Shown here: piece by piece, positions 52,860 to 62,308 of the stretch
Numbering within the stretch: position 1 is the stretch's first letter
Layout of the letters: the number at the start of each line of letters is the position of its first letter
Source: Nitrosopumilaceae archaeon
GTDB taxonomy: Archaea; Thermoproteota; Nitrososphaeria; Nitrososphaerales; Nitrosopumilaceae
DNA length: 64,000 bases
Reading direction: 5' to 3'
Assembly (NCBI GenBank): GCA_965208905.1
Contig: OZ242365.1
Coordinates: 2,150,776-2,214,775, forward strand
The notes under the pieces: generated by a model
What the model was told of the DNA's origin: nothing
What the model saw: the letters and a program-made list of their open reading frames with translations, nothing else
Database searches by the model: none
Made by a program: the position numbers and the translations under genes

Positions 52860-53534
52860 CTAATTTGAGTGCTGTACAGATACCGTCTTTCGCCAGCGGT
52901 ATAGTAAGGCTGGTGGCAGTACTCCTAGTAATGGTGCCGTCATGTATAACCAGATGTCATTCATTATACCAGTAGTGATGGCAGGCGCCAGAGACCTGAT
53001 GGGGTTCATGGAGGCGCCAGATATGGGCCCAAAGAACCAGACATCAAAGGCTACCACACTTCCCACCACGAGTCCGGCCACCACTCCATGTACTTTGGTA
53101 CTCACTATACACAGTATGCCGCCCATCAAGAGTATGGTGGCCAGCACCTCTATGCTAAAGAAGGTCACCAAGTCCAAAGAGTAGTCCGGCCGATTCAGTC
53201 CCAAATCTGCATGATATCCCAATGTATACATAACAAAGACACTACCCAGTATACTTCCAATACCTTGAGCCACTAGGTATGTTGGCACATCGGACCATTT
53301 GGCATGGCGTGTTATGGCAAAACCTATGGTGACGGCCGGGTTGAAGTGAGCCATCGAGTACTTGCCAAATACAGACACCAGTATCCACAAGCCCAACAGG
53401 TGCATCAAGGCAATAAACTCCAAACCCAGAGTCTGTGAATTAAACCCATCATATACAATAGAGCCGGTGGCGGCAACCAAGAGCCCAAAGGTTCCCACAA
53501 GCTCGGCTACAAATATACGAATGTTAAATTTCAT
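52860..53534 (-). CDS. MIP/aquaporin channel (probably arsenite-related)
   Basis: AHFNPAVT and GASMNPIRS, coupled to arsC. Confidence 0.9.
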   Translation of the reverse strand: MKFNIRIFVAELVGTFGLLVAATGSIVYDGFNSQTLGLEFIALMHLLGLWILVSVFGKYSMAHFNPAVTIGFAITRHAKWSDVPTYLVAQGIGSILGSVFVMYTLGYHADLGLNRPDYSLDLVTFFSIEVLATILLMGGILCIVSTKVHGVVAGLVVGSVVAFDVWFFGPISGASMNPIRSLAPAITTGIMNDIWLYMTAPLLGVLPPALLYRWRKTVSVQHSN

Positions 53535-53917
53535 TACAGACTCGTTACCATATCCTTTACCTTACTCTCTATCATGTCCCGGATTTTGCGTACATCCTCT
53601 ATGTCTTTGCCCTTGGGGTCGGGTATGCCCCAATCTGATACTCTTTCAACAAATAGGGCTGGACACGACTCTGAGTCCATACAACCCATGTTTATAACAT
53701 CTTCAGATTTGTCTATCATTTTGGTGGTGAGCATCTGGGGCTTTTGCGCAGAAATGTCTATACCGACCTCGCGCATGGCCTCGACCACCACACTATTGGG
53801 CTTGGTCGCCGGCTGTGTCCCTGCACTGGATACACGTTCATGAGGAGCATATTTTTTAAGAAATGCCTCGGCCATTAGACTTCGACCTGCATTCTCCACG
53901 CACACGAAGAGTACCAT
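53534..53917 (-). CDS. arsC: Arsenate reductase (LMW-PTP family)
   Basis: CVENAGRS, MGC....CP and DP motifs. Confidence 0.9.
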   Translation of the reverse strand: MVLFVCVENAGRSLMAEAFLKKYAPHERVSSAGTQPATKPNSVVVEAMREVGIDISAQKPQMLTTKMIDKSEDVINMGCMDSESCPALFVERVSDWGIPDPKGKDIEDVRKIRDMIESKVKDMVTSL

Positions 53918-53929
53918 TGTATAATTTAC

Positions 53930-53965
53930 ATATCAACAGTAGTTTATATAAATCATCATTTATAT
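53930..53965. promoter_or_regulatory. Putative ArsR operator(s) in the divergent promoter
   Basis: ATATAAAT-catc-ATTTATAT (53946-53965) and an overlapping imperfect copy ATATCAAC-agta-GTTTATAT. Confidence 0.6.
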
Positions 53966-53971
53966 GACAAG

Positions 53972-54292
53972 ATGTCTATACCTACGTATAACATGGATGG
54001 TCTTAGACTGCTGCGATGTATATGTGATGAGATGCGATTTGGCATACTTGAACAACTAAGCCAGGGTGAGATGACTGTGGGTCAGATTGTACAGAAGATA
54101 AAAAGAGATCAACCATTGGTCTCACACCATCTAAAGACGCTAAAGGAGTGTGGGATTGTATCATCTGAGAGCCGTGGACGTCATGTCGTGTATCGTATAT
54201 CCAGTGAACGTCTCTCTGCCTTGATTGTGCAGATACAGGAAGCTGGCGATGAGATAAACGATATCTGTGATAGTACGTGTTGCGCAAAATAA
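53972..54292 (+). CDS. arsR: ArsR/SmtB transcriptional regulator
   Basis: VSHHLKTLKECGIV and a C-terminal CC pair. Confidence 0.9.
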   Translation: MSIPTYNMDGLRLLRCICDEMRFGILEQLSQGEMTVGQIVQKIKRDQPLVSHHLKTLKECGIVSSESRGRHVVYRISSERLSALIVQIQEAGDEINDICDSTCCAK

Positions 54293-54340
54293 ATTAGTGT
54301 AGTCGCTGTTATATGTTGCGATATTTACAGTAGTTACAAG

Positions 54341-54970
54341 TTGGAGGCCTATCTTGAAGTCATACTGAATCTGGCAGGGTTCTTGGTAGGTTTGGTTATT
54401 GGTATAATGTCGCTGATAGGGTTCAGAAATACGGCCAGCCCAACACTACTTCGATTGTCACTGGCGTTCTTCTCAATCAGTCTGGGGTTTATGATAGTCT
54501 GGATTGGATACATGGTGGAACTACTCCCTTCTAAACCCGGCCAGGCAGGTTGGTGGCTGGAGACGCTGGGAGTGGGTGTGCAAACACTGGGGTACTTCTT
54601 TATTGCATTTTCGCACGGCATAAAGACATTCTTTCCCAAATCTAGATACTTTCGGGCAGTTGGCGTATTTCCGCTGTTTTTAATCTCTTCTGTACAACTA
54701 GGCCACATATTGAGGTCCATCTCGTTTGTACTACTGGTGTATGGAGCAATTGAGACCATACTGTCATATTTGGAGAGCAGAAACCGTGGGGCCATATCCG
54801 TGGCCGTGGGCCTCTCTCTGCTGGCCTTGGGGGAGTTTCTCAGTTGGTACTCGATGGTCTTTCCGGGTACAATGGTCTATGCTGTATCGCTGATGATAAA
54901 GATAGGAGGCCTCGTATTCTTATTCATACCTGTAAGCCGCATACCATTTCAACGAATTCGGCTTGAATAG
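54341..54970 (+). CDS. Multi-pass membrane protein
   Basis: About 6-7 hydrophobic segments. Confidence 0.75.
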   Translation: MEAYLEVILNLAGFLVGLVIGIMSLIGFRNTASPTLLRLSLAFFSISLGFMIVWIGYMVELLPSKPGQAGWWLETLGVGVQTLGYFFIAFSHGIKTFFPKSRYFRAVGVFPLFLISSVQLGHILRSISFVLLVYGAIETILSYLESRNRGAISVAVGLSLLALGEFLSWYSMVFPGTMVYAVSLMIKIGGLVFLFIPVSRIPFQRIRLE

Positions 54971-55275
54971 CTTTTACAGTTGGGCAATAATGCATCTATG
55001 AGGTATATATCGGCTCAACTAATTATATAGTACCAAATATGACTTCCATCCAAACCTCAATTTTACCCTCCACAATTACGCTCAAAATCATACGCATTTA
55101 CGGCTAGACTTTGCCACCAAAACTGTCCTTATATGGATATACGTACCGACCATCAATTGTACAATTTGGATAATCTAACTTTCAGTGGGGTACAGTATTT
55201 GTCAAGTTTTTTAATACTATTGGTGAAATTATGATGACATTGCAGCATATTTAGTGACCTACATATGTAATAACG

Positions 55276-55545
55276 ATGGCTGGGTACAAGAGCAAAGTAC
55301 AGATTATAGGCGACATGCTTACATGTGCTGGCGATGGCGCCTCAGTATCGGATATGATCCAACAGTCAAGTACATCGTATAATAGGATATCCTCAATTCT
55401 GGGAATACTGATATCTCAGGGTTTGATGGAGCAGTGTGCTAGGCGTGATGGCCGTAAATACCAGACAAGTAGCAAGGGTCAGAACTTTTTACAAGAGTAT
55501 AAAGCATTTCAAAGATTTTCTGAGAACTATGGCATGACGATATAG
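55276..55545 (+). CDS. Archaeal winged-helix transcriptional regulator
   Basis: YKSKVQII..ML...KYQTSSKG. Confidence 0.8.
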   Translation: MAGYKSKVQIIGDMLTCAGDGASVSDMIQQSSTSYNRISSILGILISQGLMEQCARRDGRKYQTSSKGQNFLQEYKAFQRFSENYGMTI

Positions 55546-55549
55546 CCGA

Positions 55550-55795
55550 TTACTCTTTTTTATTATTGCATTGGGGGCACCCGTCTTTGGTGACGGCACT
55601 TCCACATTCGGCGCAGAACCCTAGTCCAGCCTCAAGCATTATGCTGCGTTTACGCCACACACTGAACCACTTGATTCCAAAAAAGACAGCTGCTGCTGTT
55701 ATCATTGCAAATACTGGCGTAGTAAATGGTATCATGCCTATGGCCAACATGATTGCTCCTAATAGCAGTATGGTGTCACGTCTCTCAAACTTCAA
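55550..55795 (-). CDS. Small membrane protein with C-terminal Zn ribbon
   Basis: TM hairpin followed by CAEC...CPQC. Confidence 0.6.
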   Translation of the reverse strand: MKFERRDTILLLGAIMLAIGMIPFTTPVFAMITAAAVFFGIKWFSVWRKRSIMLEAGLGFCAECGSAVTKDGCPQCNNKKE

Positions 55796-56045
55796 TTATA
55801 CATCTGTGATTTATGCATAATTAAAAAGATGATGGGGGCTCGGCGTTGGTATACTCTGTCATCATTTTGTGCATCAACACTCTAACTCCTCCTCACAGCC
55901 CCCATGTGTAGTGTATTTGCACTATATTTTGATTTAGTATGTTTAGGCATGCAGACCTATCACAAAGTTGGGTGATACCACATCTATGAGATTGTCTGTT
56001 GGATTATCTGCTCCTGTAACCTTTATCATATCTTGTAATGGACAC

Positions 56046-56777
56046 TTAGTTTTGGCCACCATCCAGCAGATTATTCACCATATCCAGTACAGTCTTGTCG
56101 TGAGGATCGCGGGGATATGGTAGTGTGTTTGGTATGTCGTGTGTGATGCGACCATCCAAAGCCGAGAGTTGTATGATGCGACTCCCCAACACTACGGCCT
56201 CCAGCAGGTGGTGTGTGACGAAGAGTACTGTTTTACCTGTCTGCTTCCATATGCGGTACATCTCACCCATCAGGGTTATTCGTGTCCCATAGTCCAGAGC
56301 CGAGAAAGGCTCATCCATCAATAGTACGTCCGGATCAAGTGCTAGGGCACGAGCGATGGCAACCCTCTGCTTCATTCCCGTGGAGAGCTCGTGTAAGTAC
56401 TTTTCTCCTTCACCGTCCAGATTCATCATGTGCAGCATCTCATTAGACTTTGCTGCTCGTTTGTCGGCCGAAACGCCATGCATCTGTAGACCAAACTCTA
56501 TGTTGTTGCGCACATTCAACCATGGAAAGAGTGCCCCTTCTTGAAAGACCATAACGGCTCGACCATGGGGACCTTTGATTGGCTCATTATCTATTAGTAT
56601 GCTTCCCGCATCCGGTAACTCAAAACCAGCTATCATGCGCAAAAGCGTGGTCTTGCCACACCCCGACGGGCCGGTTATGCATATAAAGTCACCACTCTTT
56701 GCTGTGAGGTTCACCCCCCCATATAATAAAGAGCCTCCTCCCAACTGTTTCGATACGTTGCATACCTGTACATGCAT
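56046..56777 (-). CDS. ABC transporter ATPase (nitrate/sulfonate-type)
   Basis: Motifs GPSGCGKT, LSTGMKQR, LMDEPF and FVTH. Confidence 0.9.
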   Translation of the reverse strand: MHVQVCNVSKQLGGGSLLYGGVNLTAKSGDFICITGPSGCGKTTLLRMIAGFELPDAGSILIDNEPIKGPHGRAVMVFQEGALFPWLNVRNNIEFGLQMHGVSADKRAAKSNEMLHMMNLDGEGEKYLHELSTGMKQRVAIARALALDPDVLLMDEPFSALDYGTRITLMGEMYRIWKQTGKTVLFVTHHLLEAVVLGSRIIQLSALDGRITHDIPNTLPYPRDPHDKTVLDMVNNLLDGGQN

Positions 56778-56948
56778 GGAGTGGGTGCGCAACGGCGCTA
56801 TAAAAACCGAGCAAGACCTACATGATGTGACAGATCATGCAACATATGGTAGACTTGATGAATAATGTATGGTTAATTACAACCATCTGTGATGCGACTC
56901 GTAGATTCTACATAATGATATGAAAAATTGTGTATATGAAATTTGAGA

Positions 56949-58982
56949 TTATAGTATTATAATCGCCACAAAGGCGGGAACAAAGACTATGGCTACAGTG
57001 TTTAGTAGTTTTATTACAGTATTTAGTGCAGGACCGGCAGTGTCTTTGTAGGGATCCCCAATTATGTCGCCGACGACGGCCACCTTGTGTTGTTCACTAC
57101 CTTTCTCGCCGCGCATCTCTACCAATTTCTTGGCATTGTCCCACGCGCCACCGGTGTTTGCCAGATGGTACGCCAAAAATATGCCCGTGACCACCGAACC
57201 CATCAATAGGCCGGCCACCGCCGTCGGACCCAATAGTACACCTAGTATGATGGGAGACGCTATGGCAATAATTGCAGACTTCCACAGCTCACGTATGGAT
57301 GCCACAGTGGCAATATCTACACATTTGGCATAGTCGGGCTTGGTCTTGCCAGTTAAAATACCTGGACTCTCTTTGAATTGACGGCGCACCTCATCAACCA
57401 TCTTGCTTGCCGCACGCGAGACACCATTAATTAACTGACCAGTTATGATAAACGGCAACAGTCCGCCGACAATCAGGCCCACTATGACTGCTGGGTTGGT
57501 CAGCGAGTAGTCCAGACCCAATATGCCCTCAAATACATGAGCCGCCTCAAACTGAAATGCCTGTATCATGGCCAAGGCAGCTAGTGCCGCACTTGCTATG
57601 GCAAAGCCCTTTGTTACTGCCTTTGTTGTGTTACCCACTGCATCTATCTCGTCGGTAACCTTGCGGTTTGACTCCCCCATTCCTGTCATCTCCACTATTC
57701 CGCCAGCATTATCTGCTATGGGACCAAACGCATCTATACTTAGGACTATGCCTGCAAGACTTAGCATTGCCATGGCTGTTAATGAGGTTCCAAATATGCC
57801 ATACAGAACAGGGTCGGCATCAGGAGGTGCGGCTGCCGAAGATATGGCAAATGATATGATTATGGCGGCTACAAGTGCAATCATGAACGGACCAGTGGAC
57901 TGTAATCCTTTGATTATGCCCATGAGGGTCAAAGAGGCATAGCCCCAACGCGCCGACTCGGCTATCTCTATTACGGGGCCAAACTTGTAACTGGTATACC
58001 TGTCGGTTATCTTTTGAATTACGGGTACCAGAGCCACGCCTACTATCGTGGCTCCAAACAGGGCATATGCGGCCTCACCTTCCACTAGTATAGTCAAAAA
58101 TACAAAGTTTAGTGCTATGGCGATGGCTGCAGAAACATAGAATGATGTGTTTAGAGGCTTCATAACATCTGATATGTTGGTGCTTCGTACTATGATGACT
58201 CCAATTATTGATGCCAACATTCCAGAGGCGCCCACCAAAATTGGGTACATGAACAAATCCGGAGCACCTATCAGGGCGGCAATCAGGAGTGATGCCAGGA
58301 TTGTAACTATATATGATTCATAGACATCCGAGCCCATGCCCGCAGCATCACCCACATTATCTCCCACATTGTCGGCTATTGTGGCAGGATTGCGTGGATC
58401 GTCCTCTGGTATGTTGGCCTCCACCTTGCCCACCAGGTCGGCGCCCATATCTGCAGCCTTTGTAAATATACCGCCGCCTATACGTATGAAGAGTGCAATA
58501 AGGCTAGCGCCTATGCCCACACCTGCTATGGTTATGGGATCCGGAAATATCATGTATAGGCCAGCAATTGCCAGTAGCGCCATGGCTGGAATCGTCAGTC
58601 CTACAGTAGCTCCTCCCCGGAACGCCATGGCAAATGTCTTACCCAGACCCTCGCCACTCAGATTTGCTGCCCGAACAGCAGCCTTGACGGTAATCTTTAG
58701 TGATATCAGGCCTGCCACTGCTGAGAGTGCGGCCCCTACGGCAAATGCTATACCGTTGGAATAGTTAAGAAATGCCCCAATTATTACCGACAAGCCTATG
58801 GCCACAGGAATTATAATCTTCATCTCACGACGCAAAAATGCTGCAGCTCCTACACGTACAGCTTCGGATATCTCCAACATCTGTGGTGTACCTGCATCCT
58901 GACGCGAGATCCACATGGCCAAGCCTACCGCAATTAAAATAGATGCAATGCCTGCGCCTATAGGTAACATCTCCAGCATCAT
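56949..58982 (-). CDS. hppA: Membrane H+-translocating pyrophosphatase (K+-independent type)
   Basis: Motifs DMGADLVGKVE, EDDPRN, DNVGDNVGD, GNTTKA and GDPYKD. Confidence 0.96.
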   Translation of the reverse strand: MMLEMLPIGAGIASILIAVGLAMWISRQDAGTPQMLEISEAVRVGAAAFLRREMKIIIPVAIGLSVIIGAFLNYSNGIAFAVGAALSAVAGLISLKITVKAAVRAANLSGEGLGKTFAMAFRGGATVGLTIPAMALLAIAGLYMIFPDPITIAGVGIGASLIALFIRIGGGIFTKAADMGADLVGKVEANIPEDDPRNPATIADNVGDNVGDAAGMGSDVYESYIVTILASLLIAALIGAPDLFMYPILVGASGMLASIIGVIIVRSTNISDVMKPLNTSFYVSAAIAIALNFVFLTILVEGEAAYALFGATIVGVALVPVIQKITDRYTSYKFGPVIEIAESARWGYASLTLMGIIKGLQSTGPFMIALVAAIIISFAISSAAAPPDADPVLYGIFGTSLTAMAMLSLAGIVLSIDAFGPIADNAGGIVEMTGMGESNRKVTDEIDAVGNTTKAVTKGFAIASAALAALAMIQAFQFEAAHVFEGILGLDYSLTNPAVIVGLIVGGLLPFIITGQLINGVSRAASKMVDEVRRQFKESPGILTGKTKPDYAKCVDIATVASIRELWKSAIIAIASPIILGVLLGPTAVAGLLMGSVVTGIFLAYHLANTGGAWDNAKKLVEMRGEKGSEQHKVAVVGDIIGDPYKDTAGPALNTVIKLLNTVAIVFVPAFVAIIIL

Positions 58983-59037
58983 TATATATCGTGGAATCAT
59001 GAACCCGTAAATATAAACTAAGGCAACGACTCTGAAC

Positions 59038-60490
59038 TGGGCTGTGACGTTATCTACGCGCGTCGTATAACACACGCTGTACAACACAGCTGCTACACAC
59101 TTGGGCTTTCACCCAATGCAACAAATGTTGGCAAATTACCATCCAGAGGAGTTTCCAAGAGACGTTCATTGTCGGTATGGCTTTGACGCCTAACCTGGTG
59201 ACCGCCTGTACCGGCAATCACGTCATTAACACCTGGAGGAATCGTGCAAGTGCCAAGATGTATCTTTCCTCTCGAGACCATTCCAGCCTCGTTGTATAGT
59301 TCGTAAACGCCCTGAGAGCGCTTACTCCATCGTATAATACGAAAAGCGAAAAGTATGTTGAAGGCGGCATTTACATCAGCATGGCATGCCATACCGCAGT
59401 TATAACACCTAAACTTACTACCCTCACGCCATGTATTCATGCTACAGCACATGCAGCACTGCTTTGAGGTATTTTTGGGGTCTATCTCAATGTATTCTAC
59501 ATTATACCGTAGGGATTTTTGCGCAATATCATTACGCGCCTTACCACACCTACTTTGTCGTGTTATGCGGTTCTTGGTCTTCTGACCCTTGCCTTTACTC
59601 GTCATGGTACGAAGGTTCATTCCCTCCATGATGATTCTATCACATTGTTTCATTAATTTCTTGTTAAACTTGCGCATCTTGTCGGTCTGACGGTTTCCCA
59701 TCTTTTTGTATATGCTATCTAACTGGTCGTAAAGTTTGCGCCACCTGTGGGAGTGTAGTTTACACCTGCTAATCTTCTTGTGAATCCGCGCTATGTTGCG
59801 CAGTGTATCTTTCTCTCGTAGTGTGAGCATAGCAATCGTACCATCGGACTTGCCTACAACTAAAGTGTGCTTGCCCCCCATATCTATACCTGCATGTACA
59901 CCCGTACAGACGCGGGCCGGTACATGCTCCCGTATTGTGATATGTAGTTCAAACTGTCTTTCCTTATCGGCATTATTCGTAACATCTACAATCTTGTATA
60001 ATTGTGAGTCTGAGGGCAGTTTACCTTTCTGTAGTTTGAATTGAACATTGCACTTTGGGAAGTATACTGTATTACCTTTGGATTTCTTGCCCAACGGCAC
60101 ATCACTAAACAGGGGATATGTCTTGCGCCCATACCTCACATATCTGCAATTTTCCAGCTTGTATCCTTCCCGTATGGCGCCGCGAGCCCAGGTCTGGGGG
60201 ATGGTCCGAAGTTTGGCGGCTATTTTTTGGGTGTCGAACACCGACAACCCAGCACGACGAGCCTCAATACCTGCATTAAGCCATATGTGGGATTCAGAAT
60301 ACATTGAGTCAAAGTATTTCGTAAGTTTGCTTGATGTCTTTAAACGGTACTGTAAAGTTTTTATAACGTACTTTTCTCCACGATACTGCATGTATAATAC
60401 ACTACTTGGTGGTATTTAAGCGGTAGAGGTTTGTCTACTATACAGTACATCGAGTTGTCTGGGGACGCGCGCAGATAACGTCACAGCCCA
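59038..60490 (-). mobile_element. Non-autonomous tnpB element with 27-bp TIRs and 8-bp TSD
   Basis: TIRs TGGGCTGTGACGTTATCT(A/G)CGCGCGTC (26/27). CTCTGAAC is duplicated at 59030-59037 and 60491-60498. Confidence 0.95.
59093..60391 (-). CDS. tnpB: TnpB-family nuclease
   Basis: KTLQYRL N-terminus, RuvC motifs GIDMG / IMEGM / HADVNAA, and a zinc ribbon. Confidence 0.92.
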   Translation of the reverse strand: MQYRGEKYVIKTLQYRLKTSSKLTKYFDSMYSESHIWLNAGIEARRAGLSVFDTQKIAAKLRTIPQTWARGAIREGYKLENCRYVRYGRKTYPLFSDVPLGKKSKGNTVYFPKCNVQFKLQKGKLPSDSQLYKIVDVTNNADKERQFELHITIREHVPARVCTGVHAGIDMGGKHTLVVGKSDGTIAMLTLREKDTLRNIARIHKKISRCKLHSHRWRKLYDQLDSIYKKMGNRQTDKMRKFNKKLMKQCDRIIMEGMNLRTMTSKGKGQKTKNRITRQSRCGKARNDIAQKSLRYNVEYIEIDPKNTSKQCCMCCSMNTWREGSKFRCYNCGMACHADVNAAFNILFAFRIIRWSKRSQGVYELYNEAGMVSRGKIHLGTCTIPPGVNDVIAGTGGHQVRRQSHTDNERLLETPLDGNLPTFVALGESPSV

Positions 60491-60758
60491 CTCTGAACCC
60501 CTACGGGAGTCAGACATCCCTCTCATCATAAGAGATGGTGACTGTCCACATTATTTGGAGACATATGTTGGTAGAACGTACCCGAAATATGATTGAGTGA
60601 ATACTCTAGTGATGAAACAAAAGAACTATGCGAAACAGTGACAGGCTGCTCAACATATTGCCCGTCATCAGCTCCGGAGGATGCTACAAAGGTTAGACTA
60701 TCGCCTGAGTCAATGAATGAGTGCCAGTCAGGCATCACGTCCTGTATACAAGATACAT

Positions 60759-61436
60759 TCAGAACCGTCTCTCTTTTGGCAGTAGTGGTGATAAGGCGCG
60801 CGCAAACTCCATCAGATTCTTGGTCTGATAATACACTACACCAGGACCGGTTATCTCTATGACCAGCGACTCACCACCAAATATGGTAGTCTTGAAACTC
60901 CCATGTCGTCTAACATCATATTGTATCGTACCCGACAGGGCCACCAGTTGATAGTTGTCTAAAATCATACTCTCATCTGCCTTTAGTGTAACCTTTCTGA
61001 TGCCGCCCCAACCGTCCACGAATACATCCCCTGTACCGATGGTCTTTAACATGAAGAGGTTACTTCCGAATATCCCCTTTGTAAAGCCCTGCCACTTTGT
61101 GTCCAGTGTTATGGTACCAGTAGATGCCACGTACGAGCCTGATTGTATTATGTACTCCTCGTCTACATGTATGACATCTATATCTCCTAGTACATTACCT
61201 GTGACGCCCAGCATGCAGTTATCCTCATGAGCCGTAAACTCGTTGACAAAGAATGATTCGCCGGCCAGTACCGTTGATTTTAATGTCCTGAATAGACCAC
61301 CCTCACGGGTCCTTGTGTTCGTAGTTATATCGCCACGCATGTACACCATCGCCCCTGCCTCGGCGGTAACTTTGTCATTCCAGTCCATAACAAAGTCCAC
61401 CATGCCTACCGGGTTCTTGACTATGTCGTATCGCAT
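60759..61436 (-). CDS. AIM24/TIGR00266-family protein
   Basis: Motifs AEAGAMVYM, GESFFVN and GPGVVYYQT. Confidence 0.9.
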   Translation of the reverse strand: MRYDIVKNPVGMVDFVMDWNDKVTAEAGAMVYMRGDITTNTRTREGGLFRTLKSTVLAGESFFVNEFTAHEDNCMLGVTGNVLGDIDVIHVDEEYIIQSGSYVASTGTITLDTKWQGFTKGIFGSNLFMLKTIGTGDVFVDGWGGIRKVTLKADESMILDNYQLVALSGTIQYDVRRHGSFKTTIFGGESLVIEITGPGVVYYQTKNLMEFARALSPLLPKERRF

Positions 61437-61579
61437 ATTGTACAATACATGGGGATGCGTAAAATGGTTTCGTAGAGGGAACACCATGAAACAGATGCCA
61501 CCAGCAGTCTGATTCATTAGTAATGTGGCTCATCCGCAACAATAGACAATACTAAAAATAAATAAAAAATATTCTCAAG

Positions 61580-61837
61580 TCAGGGACAGCCCTGCATCTT
61601 CTGTATGAAGTAGCCTTGAGATTTAATAGCATCTTCTACAGGAGCCGGAGCGCCTTGGGAGTGACAGAACTGACACTCTTTGGTGGTCATAACTGCGTCA
61701 CCCTCGCCAATGGATGTCAACCACTCCTTGCCATACTGTATGGCTTTATCGTGGTCGCGCTTGTCGGTGATGACATCAAAATGCATAGTGTGGCCATCAG
61801 AAGCCTTCACATATGTATCGTAGACGTGTACTTCCAT
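61580..61837 (-). CDS. DUF2024-family protein
   Basis: Motifs VYDTYV, MHFDVI, CQFCH and GYFI. Confidence 0.85.
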   Translation of the reverse strand: MEVHVYDTYVKASDGHTMHFDVITDKRDHDKAIQYGKEWLTSIGEGDAVMTTKECQFCHSQGAPAPVEDAIKSQGYFIQKMQGCP

Positions 61838-61870
61838 GTATATGCTTGAGAATGATGGGATATTTAGATT

Positions 61871-62308
61871 TCACGCAGTATTCTCTGTTTGTATAGCGAT
61901 TTCATGTATGTCATCGTCCATATACCACGCCCTAAATGTGTGGTCCACACCTGAATGTATGACCCAGGCAACGGGGTTTACATGCATGTACTCTCTGTCG
62001 GTCTCAGACGGTATGGCCAAAGATGCTGGATGTGAATGATATATCCCTACCACGTCCATACTGTTGTCGTATGCCTGTATTGTATCTTCATTGCTTATTG
62101 AAAATTGTATGGGTGATTTTGCAATATTCTCCATAAATGTTACATCCTGTACGATATACGTATCCTGTTTAATGATGCCATGCAATATGCCACAAGCCTC
62201 ATTGGGAATACACTCTGCCGAGTGCATGGCTAGTTTATTTAGTGTCTGTTTATCTATGATGATTTTGGATGGCGGTATACCTTTACCCCTCCACTTCAGG
62301 AGTCTCAT
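61871..62308 (-). CDS. JAMM/MPN+ (M67) metallopeptidase (start uncertain)
   Basis: PNEACG and YHSHP...PSETD. Confidence 0.88.
   Translation of the reverse strand: MRLLKWRGKGIPPSKIIIDKQTLNKLAMHSAECIPNEACGILHGIIKQDTYIVQDVTFMENIAKSPIQFSISNEDTIQAYDNSMDVVGIYHSHPASLAIPSETDREYMHVNPVAWVIHSGVDHTFRAWYMDDDIHEIAIQTENTA

Noticed and set aside
55953-55975. CAAAGTTGGGTGA resembling the TIR of the 50245 element (a similar weak match is at ~37652-37676)
   Set aside because: The terminal bases differ and no partner end or TSD was found. At most it is an isolated relic.
60500-60750. Possible IS200-type tnpA remnant next to the tnpB element (MVTVHIIW...)
   Set aside because: Only a weak four-residue resemblance, no HUH or catalytic Tyr motif, and it lies outside the TSD.
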